Notes under the pieces: generated by a model
Databases searched by the model: none
What the model was told of the DNA's origin: nothing
Seen by the model: the letters and a program-made list of their open reading frames with translations, nothing else
Translations under genes and position numbers: made by a program
In this document: positions 27,189 to 32,415 of the stretch, piece after piece
Layout of the letters: each line of letters opens with the position of its first letter
How positions within the stretch are numbered: the stretch's first letter is position 1
From: Thermoanaerobaculia bacterium
Lineage (GTDB): Bacteria > Acidobacteriota > Thermoanaerobaculia > Multivoradales > UBA5704
Direction: 5' to 3'
Length of the DNA: 32,415 bases
NCBI GenBank assembly: GCA_045807605.1
Contig: JBJMGZ010000079.1
Location: 1 to 32,415 of the forward strand

Positions 27189-30100
27189 TCAAACCGGCTG
27201 CGCCGTTCTCGACCGCGGCTCCGGCACCCTTCCCAGGCAGCGCCGGAGGTGCTCCGCCAGGGTGCGGACGTGCGGCGGCTCGTGCATGGTCATGTGGTCT
27301 CCCGGCACCACGTGGACGTCGGTGCCGCCCTGCATCAGCTCGATCCAGGGCAGCTCCGGCCGCGGCGGGTCGCCCGGCCGCCGGGTCTGCGCGCGGAAGT
27401 AGACCATCGCGCCCGGGTGCGGACGCGGCTGGTAGCCGTAGAGCGCGTCCACGTTCGCGGCCAGCACCCGCACCCGCCGCCGCACCTCCTCCGCGTCGAG
27501 GCCGGCGGATATTGCCTCGGTGGCCCGCCCGAGCGCCAGCTCGAGCTGCGCTTCCGGCCCGTGCTTGCGCAGCTCCTCCGGACAGAGGTCGAGCCGGCCG
27601 CGGAAGACCGCGGCCACCGCGTCGGCGTGATCCTCCCGCGCCGGCATCTGGTCCAGGCACGGGGTGTCCATCAGGGCGAGCAGGGCCGCCTCCTCTCCCA
27701 GGGCCTGGAGCTGGTGGGCCATCTCGAAGGCCACCATGCCGCCCATCGAGGCGCCGCCCAGCAGGTAGGGGCCTCGCGGCCGGACCTCGCGCACCAGCCC
27801 GAGGTAATGCCTCGCCATCTCCTCGATCGTGCGCAGCGGCTCCTCCCCCTCCTCCAGCCCGAGCGAGCGCAGCCCATAGACCGGCCGGTGCGGGCCGAGC
27901 TCGCGCGCCAGGGCGCGGAAGGTGAAGGCGTAGCCGCCCACTTGATGGACCAGGAAGACCGGCGGATGCCGGTCGGGATCGCCGGCCTGCAAGCGGACCA
28001 GACAGGTCGGCCGGACCGGCGCCGCGTCCGCGGAGGCCGCGGCCAGCCGCTTCGCCATGGCCGACACGGTCGGCGTCTCCAGCAGCAGATCGGCCGGCAG
28101 CGACATGCCGAGCGCCCGGCGCAGCCGGGAGCTCATCTGGAGGCCCAGCAGCGAGCTGCCGCCGATCTCGAAGAAGTCGTCGTGCAACCCGACCCCGTCC
28201 AGGCCGAGCAGCTCGCACCAGACCCGCGCCACGCTCTCCTCCAGCGGAGTCTGCGGGCCGGCCGCAAGCGCGGGGACCGGCTCCTCCGGCAGCGGCTCCA
28301 TCAGCTCCACCTGCGGCTCCACCCAATACCGCCGGCGCTCGAAGGGATAGGTCGGCAGCGGGATGCGCCGCCGCCGCTCGCCCGCATGGACCGCGGCCCA
28401 GTCGATCTCGGCGCCCGACAGCCAGAGCCGGCCGAGCGCGCCGAGCAGGACGTCCAGGTCCGGCCGGTCCTCCCTGGGGCGCCGGAGGGAGCGCAGGACC
28501 AGGTCGGCGGACCTGCCGGCGAACGTGCCGAGCGTGGCGCCGGGGCCGACCTCCAGCAGCGCGGTTCTCCGGCGGCCATCGGGGGGGCCGAGCAGCGTCG
28601 CCAGGCCGTCGGCGAAACGGACGGTGCCGCGCAGGTGCCCCGTCCAGTAGGCCGGGTCGGTGGCCTCGTCCGCGGTGATCCAGGTGCCGGTCCGGTTGGA
28701 GACGAACGGGATGCGCGGCGGACGCATGCCGATCCCCTTCAGCAGCTCGGCGAAGGGCTCGAGGACCGGGTCCATCAGGGCCGAGTGGAAGGCGTGCGAG
28801 GTATGGAGCCGCCGGCAGTCCACGTCTTCTCCCAGGCGCTCGCGGAAGGCGCGGACGTCCTCCTCCATCCCCGAGACCACGCAGGCGGCCGGGCCGTTGA
28901 CCGCGGCGAGCGCGAGCGGACCGCCCCGATCCTCCAGGAGGCGGGCGACCTCCGCCTCGGGCAGCGGCACGGCGAGCATGGCGCCGGGCGGCTGCTCCTG
29001 CATGAGCCGGCCGCGGGCGGCGACGAGGCGCAGGGCGTCCTCCAGGGAGAAGACCCCGGCCAGGCAGGCGGCCACGTACTCGCCCACCGAGTGGCCCAGC
29101 AGCGCCTCGGGCCGCACGCCCCAGGACATCCACAGCCGCGCCAGCGCGTGCTCGACCGCGAACAGGGCCGGCTGCGCCAGGGCCGTTTCGTCGAGGCCCG
29201 CGCCCGCGGCATACAGCGCCTCCCGCAGGTCCATCCCCAGCTCCGGCCGCAGGATCTCGCAGGCCTCGTCCAGCGCTTCGCGGAAGACCGGCTCCAAGGC
29301 GTACAGCTCCTCCGCCATGCCGCAATGCTGCGCGCCCTGGCCCGGAAAGAGGAAGGCGACCGCGAGCGGGTCGGGGGAGGTGGTCCGGCTCCATACCCGG
29401 GCCGGGTCCGAGGAGCGCAAGAGGTCCACGGCCTCCGCCCGGCCGCGGCAGACCAGCGCGCGGCGGCAGCGCAGGGCCTTGCGGCCGGCCTGGAGGGTCC
29501 AGGAGGCGTCGGCCAGGTCCGCGTCGGCCAGCGCCTCCAGGTGCCGGGCGAGGTTGGCGGTGGCGGCCTCCAGGGCGGACGGCGTGGCCGCCGAGAGCAC
29601 GAGGAGCTGCGCGGGACGGTCCGTGCGGGCGGGAGCGGGCGCGCAAGGCGCCTCTTCCAGCACCACGTGGGCGTTGGTCCCGCCGATCCCGAACGAGCTG
29701 ACGCCGGCCCGCCGCGGGCCGCAGGTCTTCCACCCGGTCAGGCCGGCGGCGACGTAGAAGGGGCTCCCCGCAAAGTCGATCGCCGGGTTGGGCGTTTCGA
29801 AATGCAGGCTCGGCGGGATCTCTCCATGCTTCAGGGCGAGCACGGTCTTGAGCAGGCCGGCGATGCCGGCCGCGGCGTCGGTATGCCCGAGGTTCGACTT
29901 GACGGAGCCGAGACCGCAGAAGCCGGTCCTGCGCGCTCCGCCGGCGCGGAACGCCTCGGTCAGGCCGGCGATTTCAACAGGATCGCCCAGGGGCGTGCCG
30001 GTGCCGTGCGCCTCGACGTAGCCGATCGTCTCCGGGTCGACCCCGGCGGCGAGGTGGGCCTTGCGGATGACCCGCGCCTGCCCTTCGACGGCCGGAGCCG

Positions 30101-32415
30101 TGAAGCCGACCTTGCGGGAGCCGTCGTTGTTGAGCGCCGAGCCGAGGATCACCGCGTGCACGGTGTCTCCATCCGCCAGCGCGTCCTCCAGCCGCCGGAG
30201 GACCACCGCGCCGGCGCCGCTGCTGCGCACGGTGCCGGCCGCGCGCGCGTCGAAGGCGCGGGTGTGGCCGTCCGGCGAGGCGATGCCGCCCTCCTCGTAG
30301 AGGTAGCCGGCCTGCTCGGGCACGCGCACCGAGGCGCCGCCGGCGAGCGCCAGGTCGCACTCCCCGTCGAGCAGGGCGCGGCACGCCAGGTGGACGGCGA
30401 CGAGCGCGGTCGAGCAGGCGGTCTGCACCGCGAGGGCCGGCCCCTGAAGCCCGAGCTTGTACGAGACCCGGGTGGCCAGGTAGTCGGGGTTGTTCGCCAG
30501 CGAGACCGAGTACCGCCCCACGGCCGCGAGCAGGGATGGATGGCCGAGGATCTGGTGGACGTAGGTGTTCTCGCTCGCCCCGGCGAAGACGCCGGCCTCG
30601 CCGCGCCAGCGCTCGGCACCGTAGCCGGCGTGCTCCAGCGCCTCCCAGGCGGTCTCCAGGAAGAGCCGCTGCTGCGGGTCGAGGATCTGGGCCTCGCGCG
30701 GCGTGTGCTCGAAGAGGCCGGCGTCGAAAAGGTCCGTCCCGTCCAGCACGCCGCGCGCCCTGACGTAGGCCGGGTCCGCGAGCAGCGTGGGATGGACGCC
30801 CGCCGCGAACAGCTCCTCGTCGGTGAAGAAGCGGATCGACTCGACGCCGTCGCGCAGGTTGCGCCACAGCTCTCCCAGGTCGCGGGCGCCGGGGAAGCGG
30901 CCGGCCATGCCGACGACGGCGATGCGGCCGCCGGCCTGCGGGAGAGGGGGCGCCGCCGCCGGCTCCGGCTCCGCCGCGCCCGCAAGCGCCTCGGCCAGGG
31001 AGCCCACGGTCGGATAGCGGAAGAGATCGACCATGGGCAGCTCGCGGCCCAGGATCTCGGAGAGGCGCGCCTGCACCCGGGCGAGCAGCAGGGAGTGGCC
31101 GCCGAGGTCGAAGAAGTTGTCGTCCATGCCGACCGCGGCGACGCCGATCACCTCGCGCCAGACCGCGGCGACGACGCGCTCCATCTCGGTGCGGGGCACC
31201 CCGGCGACGGCCTGGACCGCCTCCTGCCGCGGCGCGAACGGGGCCGGCAGCGCCTTGCGGTCGAGCTTGCCGGTGGCCGAGAGCGGCCACTGCTCCAGGG
31301 TGACGAACGCGGCCGGCACCATGTAATCCGGCAGGCGCTCCAGGCACCAGGCGCGCAGCTCGGCCAGGCTGGGAGGCACCTCGGTGCGCGCCGGGATGAG
31401 ATAGGCCGCCAGCCGCTGATCTCCCGGCGTGTCCTGGCGGACCATGGCCACGGCCTCGCGCACGCCCGGGTGCGCCGCGAGCACGGTCTCGATCTCGCCG
31501 AGCTCGATGCGGTAGCCGCGCAGCTTGACCTGGGAGTCGAGCCGGCCGAGGAACTCCAGCGTGCCGCCGGTCCGGTAGCGCGCCCGGTCGCCCGTGCGGT
31601 AGAGGCGCGCGCCGGCTTCCGGACCGACCGGATCGGGAACGAAGCGGTCCGCGGTCAGGTCCGGCGCCTGCGCGTAGCCCAGGGAGAGGCAGGGACCGCC
31701 GATATGGAGATCGCCCGGCACGCCGGCCGGGCACGGTCTCAGCTCCGGGTCGAGCACGTGGTAGCGGGCGTTCGCGATCGGCCGGCCGTAGGGGATGCTC
31801 TTCCACGCCGGGTCCACCTCGCCGACCGGATGGAAGTTCGACCAGATGGTGGCCTCGGTGGCGCCGCCGAGGCTCACCACCCTGGCGCCCGTGAAGGCCT
31901 CGCGGACCCGGTCGGGCAGGCTCACCGGGATCCAGTCGCCGGAGAGGAAGACCAGGCGCAGGGCCGTCCCGCTCGCCGCAGCGGGGAAGAACGGCACGAG
32001 CTGCTGCAGGGCGGCCGGGGCCGAGTCCCAGAACGTGATCCCCTCCTCGGCCAGGATGCGCGCCAGGCGCTGCGGATCGCGCGACTCCGCCCGCGAGGCG
32101 ATCCGCACCGTGCCGCCCGCGGCGAGGACGCCGAGCAGGTCGTAGACGGAGAGGTCGAAGGACAGGGCCGTCACGAAGAGCAGCCGGTCGGAGGGGCCGA
32201 CGCCGAAGGTGCCGTTCACCCAGCGCACCAGGTTGACCGCGGGCCGGTGCCGGACCATGACGCCTTTGGGCGTGCCGGTCGAGCCCGAGGTGAAGATGAC
32301 GTAGGCGAGGTCGTCCGGTCCGGCGCGGCGCGCGACCGGCGCCCCGGCTCCCGGCTCGTCCAGGCAGACGGCACCGGCAGCGGGCAGCCCGGCCTCCCCG
32401 AGCGCCTGCCGGCGG
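27189..32415 (-). CDS. Hybrid NRPS-PKS, 5'-truncated: ...A(Cys-like)-T-KS-AT(malonyl)-ACP-TE
   Basis: The frame stays open upstream of the track start (32258) to the window edge and reads ...GPDDLAYVIFTSGSTGTPKGVMVRH. A domain: FDLSVYD / FWDSAP / FLSGDW / SLGGATEATIW. T: FFDLGGHSLL. KS: VQTACST, HGTGT, KSNLGH. AT: GHSVG with HAFH. ACP: FFEIGGSSLL. TE: GASMG and GDH. No KR, DH or ER. Confidence 0.96.
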   Translation of the reverse strand, partial: RRQALGEAGLPAAGAVCLDEPGAGAPVARRAGPDDLAYVIFTSGSTGTPKGVMVRHRPAVNLVRWVNGTFGVGPSDRLLFVTALSFDLSVYDLLGVLAAGGTVRIASRAESRDPQRLARILAEEGITFWDSAPAALQQLVPFFPAAASGTALRLVFLSGDWIPVSLPDRVREAFTGARVVSLGGATEATIWSNFHPVGEVDPAWKSIPYGRPIANARYHVLDPELRPCPAGVPGDLHIGGPCLSLGYAQAPDLTADRFVPDPVGPEAGARLYRTGDRARYRTGGTLEFLGRLDSQVKLRGYRIELGEIETVLAAHPGVREAVAMVRQDTPGDQRLAAYLIPARTEVPPSLAELRAWCLERLPDYMVPAAFVTLEQWPLSATGKLDRKALPAPFAPRQEAVQAVAGVPRTEMERVVAAVWREVIGVAAVGMDDNFFDLGGHSLLLARVQARLSEILGRELPMVDLFRYPTVGSLAEALAGAAEPEPAAAPPLPQAGGRIAVVGMAGRFPGARDLGELWRNLRDGVESIRFFTDEELFAAGVHPTLLADPAYVRARGVLDGTDLFDAGLFEHTPREAQILDPQQRLFLETAWEALEHAGYGAERWRGEAGVFAGASENTYVHQILGHPSLLAAVGRYSVSLANNPDYLATRVSYKLGLQGPALAVQTACSTALVAVHLACRALLDGECDLALAGGASVRVPEQAGYLYEEGGIASPDGHTRAFDARAAGTVRSSGAGAVVLRRLEDALADGDTVHAVILGSALNNDGSRKVGFTAPAVEGQARVIRKAHLAAGVDPETIGYVEAHGTGTPLGDPVEIAGLTEAFRAGGARRTGFCGLGSVKSNLGHTDAAAGIAGLLKTVLALKHGEIPPSLHFETPNPAIDFAGSPFYVAAGLTGWKTCGPRRAGVSSFGIGGTNAHVVLEEAPCAPAPARTDRPAQLLVLSAATPSALEAATANLARHLEALADADLADASWTLQAGRKALRCRRALVCRGRAEAVDLLRSSDPARVWSRTTSPDPLAVAFLFPGQGAQHCGMAEELYALEPVFREALDEACEILRPELGMDLREALYAAGAGLDETALAQPALFAVEHALARLWMSWGVRPEALLGHSVGEYVAACLAGVFSLEDALRLVAARGRLMQEQPPGAMLAVPLPEAEVARLLEDRGGPLALAAVNGPAACVVSGMEEDVRAFRERLGEDVDCRRLHTSHAFHSALMDPVLEPFAELLKGIGMRPPRIPFVSNRTGTWITADEATDPAYWTGHLRGTVRFADGLATLLGPPDGRRRTALLEVGPGATLGTFAGRSADLVLRSLRRPREDRPDLDVLLGALGRLWLSGAEIDWAAVHAGERRRRIPLPTYPFERRRYWVEPQVELMEPLPEEPVPALAAGPQTPLEESVARVWCELLGLDGVGLHDDFFEIGGSSLLGLQMSSRLRRALGMSLPADLLLETPTVSAMAKRLAAASADAAPVRPTCLVRLQAGDPDRHPPVFLVHQVGGYAFTFRALARELGPHRPVYGLRSLGLEEGEEPLRTIEEMARHYLGLVREVRPRGPYLLGGASMGGMVAFEMAHQLQALGEEAALLALMDTPCLDQMPAREDHADAVAAVFRGRLDLCPEELRKHGPEAQLELALGRATEAISAGLDAEEVRRRVRVLAANVDALYGYQPRPHPGAMVYFRAQTRRPGDPPRPELPWIELMQGGTDVHVVPGDHMTMHEPPHVRTLAEHLRRCLGRVPEPRSRTAQPV

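Noticed and set aside
27127-31806. Minus-strand ORFs 27127..29733 and 29974..31806
   Set aside because: Off-frame, low-complexity translations lying over the NRPS-PKS gene.

Overview
A very GC-rich, gene-dense window from a diderm bacterium (two outer-membrane barrel genes; an Acidobacteriota/Thermoanaerobaculia-like origin is my inference only). It is mostly secondary-metabolite genes on the minus strand. Reading the minus strand from the right edge: (i) the 3' part of a hybrid NRPS-PKS gene (Cys-like A, T, KS, malonyl-AT, ACP, TE); (ii) a small outer-membrane beta-barrel gene; (iii) on the + strand, a CBM9-like/DUF5916 outer-membrane protein gene; (iv) an exported TAP-like alpha/beta-hydrolase; (v) three translationally coupled NRPS genes (A-T-C-A-T-C-A-T; C-A-T-C-A-T; C-A-T-C-A-T-C...), the last running off the window and missing from the ORF track. 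Three main findings. First, the hydrolase's apparent TGA stop is very probably selenocysteine: it reads in frame as SPT-U-PVC (UxxC), has a SECIS-like hairpin just downstream, and joins the next ORF to give one 812-aa peptidase/thioredoxin-fold selenoprotein. Second, the first C domain of the starter NRPS carries EHHFVHDG, the signature of ureido-forming condensation domains, predicting a ureidopeptide X-CO-Leu-Ala-Leu-Ala-Ala-Ala-.... Third, a perfect 19-bp inverted repeat sits in frame inside an A domain. The long + strand ORFs over the NRPS genes are antisense shadows.
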